The translations under genes were made by a program, and so were the position numbers. This document shows, piece after piece, positions 1 to 10,995 of a stretch of DNA of 51,194 nucleotides. Each line of letters starts with the position of its first letter. The stretch's first letter is position 1. The stretch is from assembly GCA_024222485.1 (NCBI GenBank), contig JAAEPJ010000005.1, positions 1 through 51,194 on the forward strand, read 5' to 3'. This stretch comes from a bacterium (GTDB lineage: Bacteria; RUG730; JAAEPJ01). The notes beneath the pieces are model-generated. The model saw only the letters and a list, made by a program, of their open reading frames with translations. It was not told the origin of the DNA and did no database searches.

Positions 1-172
1 CCCAAAAAGGATGATCGGCTTTTATTTGTTTAATTTCTTGTAAGATAAACGCATTCCTATTTGTTACAGAAAGAGATTTTTTTCTTTTTACTTTTAATCG
101 TTTTTTTTAATTCAATAGTTAGGTCCGCAATAATATTCTTTATTTTATCTACTTTGTACTCTAAATTTCTTA

Positions 173-400
173 ATGGGGTACAGTATACCTCTTCCAGATT
201 ATTATGAAGACCTAAATAAAAATAGTATTGTTTATGTTGTGCCTTTTAAACATTTCGGTACTGGCTGGGGAGAAGTTAATGGGAATGAATTAAGTATTCA
301 TGTTTCTGAAGAAGGAACTTATAATATTTTAGTTTTTGGAGATAGAAAAGACAAGATAGCTATAGAGGGTTTTAATAAATATGGTGTTGAATATATTTAA
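173..400 (+). CDS. hypothetical small protein (75 aa); no recognisable motif and no clear Shine-Dalgarno upstream
   Basis: ORF in the six-frame track only. No homology recognised and the upstream context looks non-ribosome-binding. Confidence 0.2.
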   Translation: MGYSIPLPDYYEDLNKNSIVYVVPFKHFGTGWGEVNGNELSIHVSEEGTYNILVFGDRKDKIAIEGFNKYGVEYI

Positions 401-636
401 GATGAGCAGGATAATATTTTATCAGCTAAATATGAATAGTTTTTTAGCATTATTTTCTGCTCAGGTTTTTGAAGTAAAGATTTTTATTATCTACTCATTT
501 GTTGCTAGTGTATACTTTTGTGTGTCTTTGATAAAAAGCCCTGCACTAAGAACTTGAGAAGTCATAGTTTTTCTCCTATATTTTAAGCTAAAAAATTAAT
601 ATTAAGAGGAAACTCATTTGAAAAAGTGTCTAAGCA

Positions 637-3600
637 TTAGGAGTTAATTTCCCTTTTGAAAATTTTTGTTTTAATATCCAGAAAAATTAGGAAGCAACAA
701 GGCACAATAATTAAGGTAACGAATGTTGCGGCTAAAAGTCCATAGGCCATAGCAATACATGCTGTCGCGACAAATGGTTCTTCACCGCCAATACCATAGA
801 TCAAGGGGATAAGGGCAATGATCGTTGTCAGTGATGTTAAAAGGATGGGTCTAAGTCGAGTTTTACATCCCTCAATGATTGATGCCGTTAAATGCTCACC
901 AGAACTTAAATGGGAATTAATAAACTCTACTAAAATCAGGGAATCATTAACGATTACACCCGTTAAACCGATTACACCAAACAGTGCCATTAAGCTTAGT
1001 ACCTCTCCATGAAAATAAAGTGCAAAAACTACACCAATAAACCCATAGGGGATTGAGAGCATAATAATGAATGGTTTAAAGAAAGAATCAAACTGAACAG
1101 CTAAGATAAAGTAGATTAAAAGTAAAGAAATGAGCAAAGCTTTGCCCAATGATTTAACAGATTTTTCTGTTACTTCCCATTCTCCGGCGAGTTTATAAGA
1201 ATATCCGGGGTAAGCTTTTAAGATTTTTGTGATGATTGGCTTTATTTTAAGATTAGCTCCTGTTGTTTTAATTTTAGAGGGGTTTACATTGGTTGTAACT
1301 TTTATTGTGCGTGTACCATTTTCATGTTTGATGCTTTGCAAGCCGCTGGTTCGCGTAAAGTTAGCAACTTGTGAAAGTTTAATTAATCTATTCTGGTTAT
1401 TAGGAATTAAAATATTATTTAAAGCATTAATTTTATTGCGTTTATGCTCATCAAGTTTAATCAAGATTTTTATTTCTTCTGTTCCTTTTCTTAAAGTTGT
1501 TGCAAGACCGCCTTCAAAAGCATAGCGAATATTTTGGGCAACTTGTAAGGTCGTAAGCCCCAGTCGCATAGCTTTTTCTTCATTGACTTCTATGCGGATT
1601 TCGTCTTTTCCTTTAAGAAAATCACTGCCAATATCAATTACTCCCGTTATATTAGTAATTTTTTTAATAATTTTTTGGGTTATTTCCTGTAGAGTATTTA
1701 AGTTGTTGCCACTTACGGCAATTTCGATTGGTTTGCCTACAGGCGGACCATCTTTAGCTTTTTGAAAGTCCATGCGTAATAATCCTGGCATATTTTTTTC
1801 TTTAATTTTAGTTCTCAGTTCATTAATAATGGTATCAGCCCCTCTTGCTCTTGAGGTTTCAGGTGTTAGATAGATAATACTTATCGCATAACGAGAGCCG
1901 TATTTATTGGTAGGTCCACCGGAGGGGTCACCATTAAATCCGAGTTCAGTTGTAATGTTTTTTAACTCAGTAATCGGCAGCTGTATTACAATTTTTTCAA
2001 GCTCTGACATGATACGATTAGTGCCTTCAATAGAGGTTCCTTCTTCTGCGTCCATTTGCACATAAATCACTTCAACGGTATCAGGGAAAAGATCAAAGGG
2101 TAAAAATTTTACAGCAAAACCGATTGTTGCGACTAAAACTAAGAATGCCACAACTAACAACAGATACCTAAATTTTAATGAAAAGGTTATTAATTTTTCA
2201 TAGTTGGTTTCAATATATTTATGATAAAAATGATGATTCCCTATTTTTTTGCGTTCATGTTTAGACTTGATTGGTTTAACCCATTCTGCCAAGTGCGTTG
2301 GCAGAATAATAAATGCTTCAAATAATGAGGCAACGAGACAAAATATTACACCTATGGGAAAAAATACTAGAAATTTCCCTATGATGCCATAGACAAACAT
2401 TAAAGGTGCAAAGGCGGCAATAGTTGTCATAATCGTTGCAAGGACTGGTCTAAAAACTTCTTGAACGCCTTTAATTGTTGCTTCTTCTGGAGGAAGACCT
2501 TCTTCCATATGCCTAAAAACATTCTCAGAGACAACAATAGCATCATCTACAATCATTCCAAGGACAATTATTAAACCGAACATGGTAATCATGTTTAAAG
2601 AAATATTAAAAAAAGACATCATTAAAAGCGCCATCATAAAAGCAAAAGGTATGCCAGCCGCAGTCACAAGTGCTATTCTAAAGTTTAAAAATATTAAAAG
2701 TACAGCGAGTAAAAGTACAAGCCCCATTAAGCCGTTGGATGTTAAAGCTGTTAAGCGGCGTTTGACATAAAATGACATATCATTGAGAATATTAAGGTAA
2801 AGTTCTGGATGTTCTTTTTGAAAGTTTGTTGTAATTTTTTTAATTTGATCTACTGTCCGAATTGTATCTGCACCATTTTTTTTCATAGGGATGAGACTGA
2901 TAGCAACACGCCCGTCAGTTTTATAAACACGATCATTGTCATCTAAAATACGAGATACTTTGGCAACTTCATTAATTTTAATTTTTTTACCTTCGTAACT
3001 ACTTCTAACAATCACTTTTTTAAACTCATCAACAGTATCAATTTCACCTACTGTTCTGATTAAAATTTCTTTGTTTCCCTCCGCAAATTTCCCTCCAGGC
3101 ATATTGATATTTTTTCCAGCAACAGCCGCAATAATTTGAGCCAGCGAAATTTCATAACTAGAGAGTTTGTTCGGATCAGCCTCAATCCAGATTTCTTCAT
3201 TTTTCCAGCCACGTAACTGGACGGAACCAACACCATCAATAGTTTTAAGTTGATTCTCAAAGCCGTTAACATAATCTCGCAGAATAAATTCGTCTATCTT
3301 ATCGGAGGAAAAAGAAATTTCTATTAATGGTTCGTCAAAAACAAGTTCTCTAGTCTCAGGATTTTCAGCATCATCAGGAATATCAGCTTTATCTACAGCA
3401 CTTTTGATATCGTTTATTACTCTGTTTCTAACGGCTGTTTTTTGTCTTAGTTCAAGCTCAATAAAGATTGTAGCATTGCTTTCTCTTGAGGTTGAAGTAT
3501 ATTTATCAATGCCATCGACAGTATCAATTTCTTTTTCTAAAGCAAAGGTTATAAGCCGTTCAACCTCATGAGGTGAGGCCCCAGGATAGTTGACAGTCAC

Positions 3601-3738
3601 TATAACATAATCCATATCAATCTTAGGGAAAACTTCTCTTTGCATATTAAGTGCCGTAAAAATTCCCGCAATAATAACACTAACTGCTAACAGATTAACA
3701 AAAACACTTTTTTTTAAAAATAAGGATGTGATGTTCAT
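637..3738 (-). CDS. RND-superfamily efflux transporter, AcrB/HAE1 family inner-membrane pump (1033 aa)
   Basis: About 1030 aa and a 12-TM architecture. The N-terminus (MNITSLFLKKSVFVNLLAVSVIIAG... VNYPGASP) and the GMIVDDAIVVSENVFRHMEEGLPPEEA block match the AcrB conserved TM4 region. Confidence 0.85.
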   Translation of the reverse strand: MNITSLFLKKSVFVNLLAVSVIIAGIFTALNMQREVFPKIDMDYVIVTVNYPGASPHEVERLITFALEKEIDTVDGIDKYTSTSRESNATIFIELELRQKTAVRNRVINDIKSAVDKADIPDDAENPETRELVFDEPLIEISFSSDKIDEFILRDYVNGFENQLKTIDGVGSVQLRGWKNEEIWIEADPNKLSSYEISLAQIIAAVAGKNINMPGGKFAEGNKEILIRTVGEIDTVDEFKKVIVRSSYEGKKIKINEVAKVSRILDDNDRVYKTDGRVAISLIPMKKNGADTIRTVDQIKKITTNFQKEHPELYLNILNDMSFYVKRRLTALTSNGLMGLVLLLAVLLIFLNFRIALVTAAGIPFAFMMALLMMSFFNISLNMITMFGLIIVLGMIVDDAIVVSENVFRHMEEGLPPEEATIKGVQEVFRPVLATIMTTIAAFAPLMFVYGIIGKFLVFFPIGVIFCLVASLFEAFIILPTHLAEWVKPIKSKHERKKIGNHHFYHKYIETNYEKLITFSLKFRYLLLVVAFLVLVATIGFAVKFLPFDLFPDTVEVIYVQMDAEEGTSIEGTNRIMSELEKIVIQLPITELKNITTELGFNGDPSGGPTNKYGSRYAISIIYLTPETSRARGADTIINELRTKIKEKNMPGLLRMDFQKAKDGPPVGKPIEIAVSGNNLNTLQEITQKIIKKITNITGVIDIGSDFLKGKDEIRIEVNEEKAMRLGLTTLQVAQNIRYAFEGGLATTLRKGTEEIKILIKLDEHKRNKINALNNILIPNNQNRLIKLSQVANFTRTSGLQSIKHENGTRTIKVTTNVNPSKIKTTGANLKIKPIITKILKAYPGYSYKLAGEWEVTEKSVKSLGKALLISLLLIYFILAVQFDSFFKPFIIMLSIPYGFIGVVFALYFHGEVLSLMALFGVIGLTGVIVNDSLILVEFINSHLSSGEHLTASIIEGCKTRLRPILLTSLTTIIALIPLIYGIGGEEPFVATACIAMAYGLLAATFVTLIIVPCCFLIFLDIKTKIFKREINS

Positions 3739-3772
3739 TTTACTACTCTAAGAGATGCTTTAGCATTCTTTT

Positions 3773-5584
3773 TTAAATTTCTCTTTTACTCTCAGATATC
3801 CCCTTACAATATTCTGACCAGTTATATTTTGTAAATAATAAAAATACAGTTTGGATCAATGCCAAGTGTGAGTATCCTTGCGGAAAGTTACCTGTTAACT
3901 CTCCTGTCTTAATGTTGATATCCTCAGAAAGTAAGCCAAATTTATTGACATGATTAATGATATTTTCAAACATTAACTTAGCTTTCTTTTTTTCACCTAT
4001 TAAGTATAAGGCATTAATCATCCAAAAGGTACACACAATAAAAGCATTCTCTGGCAGACCAAGTCCATCATCTGTGGTATAACGCATGACTAGGTTGTTT
4101 TTAACAAGTTTATTATACATTGTAAGCACCGTGCTCTGCATGCGTTCATCACTTGCTTCTAGAAATTTATAGTGTAACATTAAAAGGTTGGCAGCATCAA
4201 GATCCGTACTACCATAAGACATTGTAAAAGATTTTAGGTCGTCATCCCAACCTTTTTTTAGGATATCCTCTTTGATAGTGAGTGCTATTTCATCGCACAT
4301 TTTACCGTATTCTTTATCTCCAACATGCCGAGCTATTTTAGCTGCACGGTCAATCGCGACCCAGCTCATTGTTTTAGAATAAACAAAATGTTTTGGTTTA
4401 TTCCGGAATTCCCAGATGCCATTATCTGCACTTTTCCACTCGCGTTTGACAGAGTTGACTAAGGATCTTACAAGGCTCCAAACTTCTTCATTAATATGGC
4501 TTGGAACCCGTGGTTCAACCATGAAGTAAGTATAAATGGTATCGATTAGTTCACCATAAACATCATTTTGTTTTTGTTTATACGCATCATTACCGATTCT
4601 AACAGGTGCTGAGTTTTTGTAGCCTTTTAAATGTTTTAAAATTTTTTCTTCTAAAATATTTTCACCATTTATTCCATACATGATGGATATTTCCATATGT
4701 TTTAATAGCATACGATTAAGGATAAAATGGATATAGTTGCGTGATGATTTTGAATGTCCTAACCTTGCATAAGTATCAACGGTCATAGAAGCATCGCGTA
4801 CCCAGCAATAACGATAATCCCAGTTACGATTTTTGCCTACTATTTCGGGGATTGATGTCGTTGGGGCTGCTATAACTGCACCTGTTTTTTGGAATGTTAA
4901 AAGTTTTAAAGTGATAGCTGAGCGCATAATTAAATTTTTATATTTTTCAGGTGATATTGTCCGTGAGGTCCAGCTTAACCAGTATGATTTTGTGCGTTCG
5001 TATTCCGTGTAGACACGTTGCATATCGATGGCATCAATTTTTTGATGATAAGATAAGAGTAGGTATGAAGATTTATGAAGTTCTATTTCTTTAGCATTTA
5101 TAACATCCTGTTTATTAAAATTCGTGTAAAGGTAGTAGCTGGTATGAAGACCAGTTGCACTTTCAGTTTTGATGAAATTTTTAGTCAGGGAATGTTTTGC
5201 CTTTGTTTGTGCATAATTTGGCTTAAGATCATAAATTATTTTAATTTTGGGTTTGCCAGAGATCAAATGAATATTTCGATGAATCTCTGGTGGACAATAA
5301 TATTGACAGCGTACAGTATAGAACCGCGGCATATAATCAAAAATTTCAAACTCACCATCTGCTGTTTTGTATTTTGTTCGCAGGATTGCGGTATTTGATA
5401 TATATGTTTGTGATTGTGAAATTAGGTTACTGACTTGAATCCCGAGTTCTCCACCTTTTTGTTCATCTAAAATTTTAGCGCAGATTGAAGCTGAGTCGAA
5501 GTATGGCAGACATGCCCAAACAATACTTGAGTTCTCATCTATTAAAGCTGAGCTCATGCAATTACCAATAATGGCATAGTCCAT
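3773..5584 (-). CDS. Glycoside hydrolase family 15 (glucoamylase / glucodextranase / trehalase-like), 603 aa
   Basis: About 600 aa. The motifs NGIWEFRNKPKHFVYSKTMSWVAIDRA, YCWVRDAS and LLSEDIN..GEL.GNFPQGYSHLALI are typical of the bacterial GH15 (alpha/alpha)6 barrel. Confidence 0.7.
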   Translation of the reverse strand: MDYAIIGNCMSSALIDENSSIVWACLPYFDSASICAKILDEQKGGELGIQVSNLISQSQTYISNTAILRTKYKTADGEFEIFDYMPRFYTVRCQYYCPPEIHRNIHLISGKPKIKIIYDLKPNYAQTKAKHSLTKNFIKTESATGLHTSYYLYTNFNKQDVINAKEIELHKSSYLLLSYHQKIDAIDMQRVYTEYERTKSYWLSWTSRTISPEKYKNLIMRSAITLKLLTFQKTGAVIAAPTTSIPEIVGKNRNWDYRYCWVRDASMTVDTYARLGHSKSSRNYIHFILNRMLLKHMEISIMYGINGENILEEKILKHLKGYKNSAPVRIGNDAYKQKQNDVYGELIDTIYTYFMVEPRVPSHINEEVWSLVRSLVNSVKREWKSADNGIWEFRNKPKHFVYSKTMSWVAIDRAAKIARHVGDKEYGKMCDEIALTIKEDILKKGWDDDLKSFTMSYGSTDLDAANLLMLHYKFLEASDERMQSTVLTMYNKLVKNNLVMRYTTDDGLGLPENAFIVCTFWMINALYLIGEKKKAKLMFENIINHVNKFGLLSEDINIKTGELTGNFPQGYSHLALIQTVFLLFTKYNWSEYCKGISESKREI

Positions 5585-5881
5585 ATTTATTTCCTTTTAT
5601 TTTTGAGATAAAGACAAAACAAACTTTATCTTTATCTGTTTTATATTATTTTTTGATATTGTCAATCGTATCAAGGCTAAATCTCGATGCTTTATAAATC
5701 AGTATACTTAAAAAGTTCCTTATCAACCAATAAAAACTGAGGGGAGTAACTTTTTTAAAAAAGCTTTAATTTTTATGCTAAAATTGATCGAACTTCATAA
5801 ATTTTGTACAATAATCTCGTCAGTGGAAAGATATTTATTAATTTTTTAAATAAGACAAACCCAGTTCAAAAGGAGCCTAAT

Positions 5882-6631
5882 ATGTCAGGACATAATAAAT
5901 GGTCAAGTATTAAACATAAAAAAGGTGCAGCAGATGCCAAACGGGGAAATTTATTTACTAAGTTGGTTCGTGAAATTACAGTATCTGCTAAGTCCGGTGG
6001 TGGTGATCCAGATATGAATCCACGGCTTAGAACGGTCATTGATACTTCTAAAGCTGCTAATATGCCTGCAGATAATATTAAAAAAGCTATCTTAAAAGGC
6101 ACAGGAGAGTTGCCGGGTGTAAGCTATGAAGAAGCAGTTTATGAGGGATACGGTCCAGGCGGAGTCGCTGTTATTGTTGAGGTTACAACGGATAATAAAA
6201 ATCGTGCAGTCGCTAGTATTCGTAAGATTTTCTCACTTTTTAGTGGCAATATGGGCGAGACTGGCTGCGTTGCTTGGATGTTTGACACGAAGGGGATGAT
6301 TACTTTTGATAGTGAGGTGGGACTTGAAGATGAGGTTATGGATATTGCCTTAGAAGCTGGAGCAGAAGATTTTAGAGCTGAACCTGGTATTTATGAAGTA
6401 CTTACTGCTAAAGAAGACTTTGAAGCGATAAAAACAGTCTTTGACAATAAAAATTTAAAATATTTGGGAGCAGAGGTTACTAAAGTTCCACAAAATAAAA
6501 TTAAGCTTGAGGGCAAAGAAGCAGATAGTATGCTTAAAATGATGGCTAAACTTGAGGAACATGATGATATCCAAAATATCTATGCTAATTTTGATATTGA
6601 TGACTCAATTATTGAGTCATTTGAACTTTAA
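5882..6631 (+). CDS. yebC: YebC/PmpR family DNA-binding transcriptional regulator
   Basis: The N-terminus [15 protein letters not shown]... is the canonical YebC start. AAGGAG lies 8 nt upstream of the ATG at 5882. The track ORF begins earlier at an upstream Met. Confidence 0.85.
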   Translation: MSGHNKWSSIKHKKGAADAKRGNLFTKLVREITVSAKSGGGDPDMNPRLRTVIDTSKAANMPADNIKKAILKGTGELPGVSYEEAVYEGYGPGGVAVIVEVTTDNKNRAVASIRKIFSLFSGNMGETGCVAWMFDTKGMITFDSEVGLEDEVMDIALEAGAEDFRAEPGIYEVLTAKEDFEAIKTVFDNKNLKYLGAEVTKVPQNKIKLEGKEADSMLKMMAKLEEHDDIQNIYANFDIDDSIIESFEL

Positions 6632-6642
6632 AGAGTCATTAT

Positions 6643-7137
6643 ATGAAAATTTTAGGGATTGATCCTGGAACAGCAATAGTGGGTTGGGGGGTTATTGAAA
6701 AAGGTACGAATATTAACCCAATTGCTTATGATAGTATTATGACTAGTAAAAAATTGAAATTACCTGACCGGTTGCTGCAAATTCATACAGAGCTTAGCCA
6801 TATAATTAAAACATATCAACCTGATGTTGCCGCTGTTGAAGAATTATTTTTTGTTAAAAATGTCACTACAGGTATGTCCGTATCACATGCGAGGGGTGTT
6901 ATTTTATTGGCTTTAAATCAAGCGGGTGTAGAAATTTTTGAGTACAAGCCCATGCAGATTAAACAGGCTGTTACTGGTTATGGTCGTGCAGATAAGCGGC
7001 AGGTGCAACAAATGGTTAAAGCAACCATGGGACTAAAAGAGATTCCGAAACCAGATGATACAGCAGATGCTTTGGCTGTTGCTCTTTGTCATGAACAAAA
7101 TATTAAGTGGCAAAAAATTATAGGAAAACATCAGTGA
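6643..7137 (+). CDS. ruvC: Holliday junction resolvase RuvC
   Basis: MKILGIDPGTAIVGWGVIE... The acidic catalytic residues are present (D7, E.., D.., D/H near the C-terminus), the length is 164 aa, and yebC-ruvC adjacency is conserved. Confidence 0.85.
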   Translation: MKILGIDPGTAIVGWGVIEKGTNINPIAYDSIMTSKKLKLPDRLLQIHTELSHIIKTYQPDVAAVEELFFVKNVTTGMSVSHARGVILLALNQAGVEIFEYKPMQIKQAVTGYGRADKRQVQQMVKATMGLKEIPKPDDTADALAVALCHEQNIKWQKIIGKHQ

Positions 7138-7265
7138 CTTTCTTATGTTTGAATCATTTTAGCTTGAAATTTTTTTGATTTGGAACGCTGATATTTTTTA
7201 TAAAAATGGTCACTTTAAAGATATAAATAAAATTATTTTATAAACTAAAATAACAGGAGCAAAAA

Positions 7266-8546
7266 ATGGCAAGAATAAAGCCTTTAAAGGGAATTAGGTA
7301 TAATTTAAATAAAGTTGCAATTGAAGATGTAGTTGCACCTCCTTATGATGTGATCTCCTCTTTTGAGCAAGATGATCTTTACCAAAAATCAGAACTCAAT
7401 ATCATCCGTTTAATCCTTGGGAAAATGAATGATACTGATGATGGTGAAAATAATAAGTATACAAGAGCTGCTGAGTTTTTTAATTTTTGGCAAGCAACAG
7501 AGGATTTGATTGTTGAAGATAAGCCGGCAATTTATGTTTATTCTCAGGATTTTGAGTTTGCAGAAAAAAGCTACTCGCGTACAGGGTTTTTAAGCCTTTT
7601 AAAACAGGAACCTTTATTTGAAGGTACAATTTATCCACATGAGCGGACACTATCTAAGCCAAAAGCAGATCGGTTAAACTTAACAGTGGCCTGTAAATCA
7701 AACTTTAGTCCGATTTTTGGGCTTTATAATGATGAATCAAAAATAGTCAAAAATATTTTAGAAGAAGTAATTCAAGCATCGGCTGACATTGATTTTAAGA
7801 TTGCCAACGGTGAGCGCAATCGTGTTTGGGTTGTAACGGATGAAGAAAAGATAAAGAAGCTTACAGAGACCTTAAAAGATGAGAAAATTTTTATTGCGGA
7901 TGGTCATCACCGGTATGAAACTTCTATGAATTATACAAAAAAAATGAAAGATTTAGGGGAAACAGGTAACTTTAATTATATTATGACATTTTTATGTGAT
8001 ATGAATGACGAAGGTTTAGCCGTTTTTCCAACACATAGAGTTGTTAAATATAATGTTAAAATGGTTGATTTTTTAAAAGAATTGGCAAAGGATTTTTATG
8101 TCAAAGATATTAATGCAGAAGATTTAGATGCCACGATGGCAGCTGAGTTTTTTAAAGGAAATATTAGCTTTGGTCTTTATAATGGTGATAAATATGCACT
8201 ATTAACATTGAAAGATAAAACTCAACTTGCCAAGGAAATGGAAGGGTCGGTGTATTATAGAGAACTGGATGTGGCAGTTTTGGAGAGCATGATTTTTGAA
8301 AAACTTCTAAAGTTTTCCAAAGAAAGTATTGCGATGCAAGAACATTTAAAGTATGTTAAGGGTTTTGACCAGACAATAGAGTTGATCAAAAATAAGAAAT
8401 ATGATTTTGCTTTTATCATGAATCCTACTCGTCTTGACCAGATAAAAAATGTAGCATTAGCTGGCGAAGTAATGCCTCAAAAATCAACATATTTTTATCC
8501 GAAATTATTAACAGGTCTTGTGATTAATAAATTTGAAACTAAGTAG
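7266..8546 (+). CDS. DUF1015 family protein (426 aa)
   Basis: The N-terminal MARIKPLKGIRYN...VAPPYDVIS and the internal FIADGHHRYETS motif are hallmarks of DUF1015. Confidence 0.6.
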   Translation: MARIKPLKGIRYNLNKVAIEDVVAPPYDVISSFEQDDLYQKSELNIIRLILGKMNDTDDGENNKYTRAAEFFNFWQATEDLIVEDKPAIYVYSQDFEFAEKSYSRTGFLSLLKQEPLFEGTIYPHERTLSKPKADRLNLTVACKSNFSPIFGLYNDESKIVKNILEEVIQASADIDFKIANGERNRVWVVTDEEKIKKLTETLKDEKIFIADGHHRYETSMNYTKKMKDLGETGNFNYIMTFLCDMNDEGLAVFPTHRVVKYNVKMVDFLKELAKDFYVKDINAEDLDATMAAEFFKGNISFGLYNGDKYALLTLKDKTQLAKEMEGSVYYRELDVAVLESMIFEKLLKFSKESIAMQEHLKYVKGFDQTIELIKNKKYDFAFIMNPTRLDQIKNVALAGEVMPQKSTYFYPKLLTGLVINKFETK

Positions 8547-8571
8547 GTTTATTTTGTAGAGGAATTTGCCT

Positions 8572-9204
8572 CTACAAAAGTTTTTCTTTGAATAGTTTTG
8601 CAGCTTTTTCGATATTTTCTACAGCAAAGATTGCTCTGACAATGGCTAGGCGTTTTAGACCTAGCCCGGTTAAAGAGTCAATGTTATTTTGGTTGATTCC
8701 GCCAATAGCTACAGCAGGGATTTTAACAGTATTTTGTACTTTGTAAGCAAGTTGCATGCCAATTGGTAGGTATGTTGGCTTAGTAGGTGTTTGCACAAGT
8801 GGACCAATGCCAATATAATCAGCACCTAAAGTTTCTGCTTCTATTGCTTGGTCTAATGAATGCGTGGATTTTCCAATAATCATTTTTTTGTTGATTAATT
8901 TTGCGACTTCTTTAATGGGGAGGTCATTCTGCCCAAGGTGTACGCCATCAGCTTCACCTAAGATGGCTAAATCAAGACGGTTATTAATAATGAAAATTAC
9001 ATCAAATTTACGGGTAATTTTACGAATTTTATGGATTAAAGTTAATTTATCTTGATCAGAACGCCTGCTTTCATCCCGATACTGTAAAATATCAACTCCA
9101 CCTAAACAAGCTGCCTCGACCATTGATTCATAGGTATAGCCATCCATAGGTTCAGTTGTTATGCCATAGAGTTTAATATTTTTAAGTTTTTCTTTGTTTG
9201 TCAT
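8572..9204 (-). CDS. thiE: Thiamine-phosphate synthase
   Basis: 210 aa. LYGITTEP...GGVDILQYRDE...IINNRLDLA...GADYIGIGP...IPAVAIGGI matches the ThiE TIM barrel. Confidence 0.8.
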   Translation of the reverse strand: MTNKEKLKNIKLYGITTEPMDGYTYESMVEAACLGGVDILQYRDESRRSDQDKLTLIHKIRKITRKFDVIFIINNRLDLAILGEADGVHLGQNDLPIKEVAKLINKKMIIGKSTHSLDQAIEAETLGADYIGIGPLVQTPTKPTYLPIGMQLAYKVQNTVKIPAVAIGGINQNNIDSLTGLGLKRLAIVRAIFAVENIEKAAKLFKEKLL

Positions 9205-9344
9205 TTGGGGAAACCTTTTCGGATATTTAACAAGCTGATTTTTATTCTTAGCTTGTTTCGTTTGAAAATAAGTATAAGAATTATTATTTTTTTTAAGAAA
9301 GTTGAGAGACTTTTAACAAGAGAATTATATTTATTTAAAATAAA

Positions 9345-10070
9345 CTACTTATTTTTTTGATTAGCTAGAAACCCTTTTAAAAAGTATGCAGGCATTGGTG
9401 CTTCAAACTTAAGAATATCACCAGAGTGTGGATGTTTAAAAATAATTTTATGTGCATGCAATCTTAGTTTTTTTTCGCCATCAGGAATACCATATTTCGT
9501 ATCACCAACTAAAGGGTGTCCTAATTCTTTAAAATGTACTCTGATTTGATTTTTTTTCCCAGTTAAAAGTTTAATCTCGATCAGACTAAAGTCATGATTA
9601 TTTTGAAGAACTTTATACTTCGTTTTAGCAAGAGTTCCTTCTCTTTCATTTTTTGTGGAAGATACATGGTAGTTTTTATTTTGGGTTAAGAAAGAAGTTA
9701 TCGTCCCGGTTTTGTTTGCGGGTACTCCATGGACAACAGCTGCATATCTTTTGCGGATATTTGGCCATTGCTTTTCTAGGTTGTTTTTTGCTTTCAAAGA
9801 TTTAGCAAAAATTAAAATTCCTGAAGTGTCACGATCAATTCTGTGAACCACAAATAAGTTTTTTGTTGATTTTTTGTTGCCCCGCCTGACGTATGTAGTG
9901 AGGCGTTGATGTGCAGTTTCTTCGCTTTCATAGGGGGCAGCAAGACTTAATAGCCCGGATTCTTTGTTAATAATAATGATATCGATATCTTCATAAATAA
10001 TTGTTAGTCCTTTTGGAAGGTGTTTTTTTGGTACAGGTTTTATTTTTTTTTTAGCTGAAATCTTTTGCAT
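9345..10070 (-). CDS. RluA-family 23S rRNA/tRNA pseudouridine synthase
   Basis: Catalytic [16 protein letters not shown] motif. 241 aa. The 5' end overlaps the msrAB stop by 20 nt, so the true start may be internal. Confidence 0.75.
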   Translation of the reverse strand: MQKISAKKKIKPVPKKHLPKGLTIIYEDIDIIIINKESGLLSLAAPYESEETAHQRLTTYVRRGNKKSTKNLFVVHRIDRDTSGILIFAKSLKAKNNLEKQWPNIRKRYAAVVHGVPANKTGTITSFLTQNKNYHVSSTKNEREGTLAKTKYKVLQNNHDFSLIEIKLLTGKKNQIRVHFKELGHPLVGDTKYGIPDGEKKLRLHAHKIIFKHPHSGDILKFEAPMPAYFLKGFLANQKNK

Positions 10071-10974
10071 ATTGATGATAACCCTCTTGTTCTAAATTTT
10101 CTTTTTTGATGAATTTTAAAGCAGCTGAATTTATACAGTACCTTAAATTTGTTGGCTCTGGACCATCTGAAAAAACATGTCCAAGGTGTGAATTAGCTTT
10201 TTTACTCCTTACTTCAGTGCGTTTTCCAAGCAGGCTTCTATCTTCTTTTTCAATAATATTGTTATGCTCAAGAGGGTTGGTAAAACTTGACCATCCTGTA
10301 TTGGATTTAAATTTATCTAAAGAGCTAAAAAGTGGTTCTCCAGAGAGAATGTCCACATAAATACCTTCTTGGTAATTATTCCAGTATTCATTGTTAAAAG
10401 CAGGTTCTGTGCCATTTTCTTGTGTAACATGATATTGTATTTTAGTTAACCTGTTTTTAATCCAAACAGTATCTAAAAAATTATCACGACCAGATCTAGA
10501 TCTGTAGTATTTATATTTGAAAGGGTGTTTTTTATAATAATTTTGGTGGTTTTCTTCCGCAGGATAAAACTTAGTTGCTTGGCTTATCTCAGTGACTATA
10601 GGGTTTTTAAATATTCCTTTAAGAGCTAAGTTTTCCTTTGATTGTATTGCAATAATTTTTTGTTCTTCATTCGCATAAAAAATTGCGGGACGATATTGTC
10701 TGCCACGATCAACAAATTGCCCTTGACTATCAGTAGGGTCAATATTCTGCCAAAAGATATTAAGGAGCTCCTCATAACTCACTTTAGTTGAATCATAACT
10801 AATTTGAATAGCTTCAAGATGTCCTTTTTCAGCATAATCTTGGTAGGAGGGATTTGGTTGCGTTCCATCGGTATATCCAGCGATAACTTCAATGACTCCA
10901 TCTATTGATAGAAAGGGAGAAACCATGCACCAAAAACAACCTCCTGCAAAGATAGCAATTTTAATAATAGGCAT
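10051..10974 (-). CDS. msrAB: Bifunctional peptide methionine sulfoxide reductase MsrA-MsrB fusion
   Basis: N-terminal GCFWC (MsrA active site) and C-terminal [10 protein letters not shown]...RYCINS (MsrB SelR motif) in one 307-aa ORF. Confidence 0.85.
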   Translation of the reverse strand: MPIIKIAIFAGGCFWCMVSPFLSIDGVIEVIAGYTDGTQPNPSYQDYAEKGHLEAIQISYDSTKVSYEELLNIFWQNIDPTDSQGQFVDRGRQYRPAIFYANEEQKIIAIQSKENLALKGIFKNPIVTEISQATKFYPAEENHQNYYKKHPFKYKYYRSRSGRDNFLDTVWIKNRLTKIQYHVTQENGTEPAFNNEYWNNYQEGIYVDILSGEPLFSSLDKFKSNTGWSSFTNPLEHNNIIEKEDRSLLGKRTEVRSKKANSHLGHVFSDGPEPTNLRYCINSAALKFIKKENLEQEGYHQYAKDFS

Positions 10975-10995
10975 ATAAAAATTCCTTTAATAAAA

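Noticed and set aside
491-565. 24-aa minus-strand ORF (MTSQVLSAGLFIKDTQKYTLATNE) with a perfect GGAG SD, just downstream of the RND pump
   Set aside because: It is too short to evaluate and has no homology or conserved context. It could be a real micro-protein, but it cannot be supported from sequence alone.
9205-9344. Expected TPP riboswitch upstream of thiE
   Set aside because: I read the minus-strand leader and found no CUGAGA / GGGG-ACCC aptamer core. thiE probably lies inside a longer operon instead.
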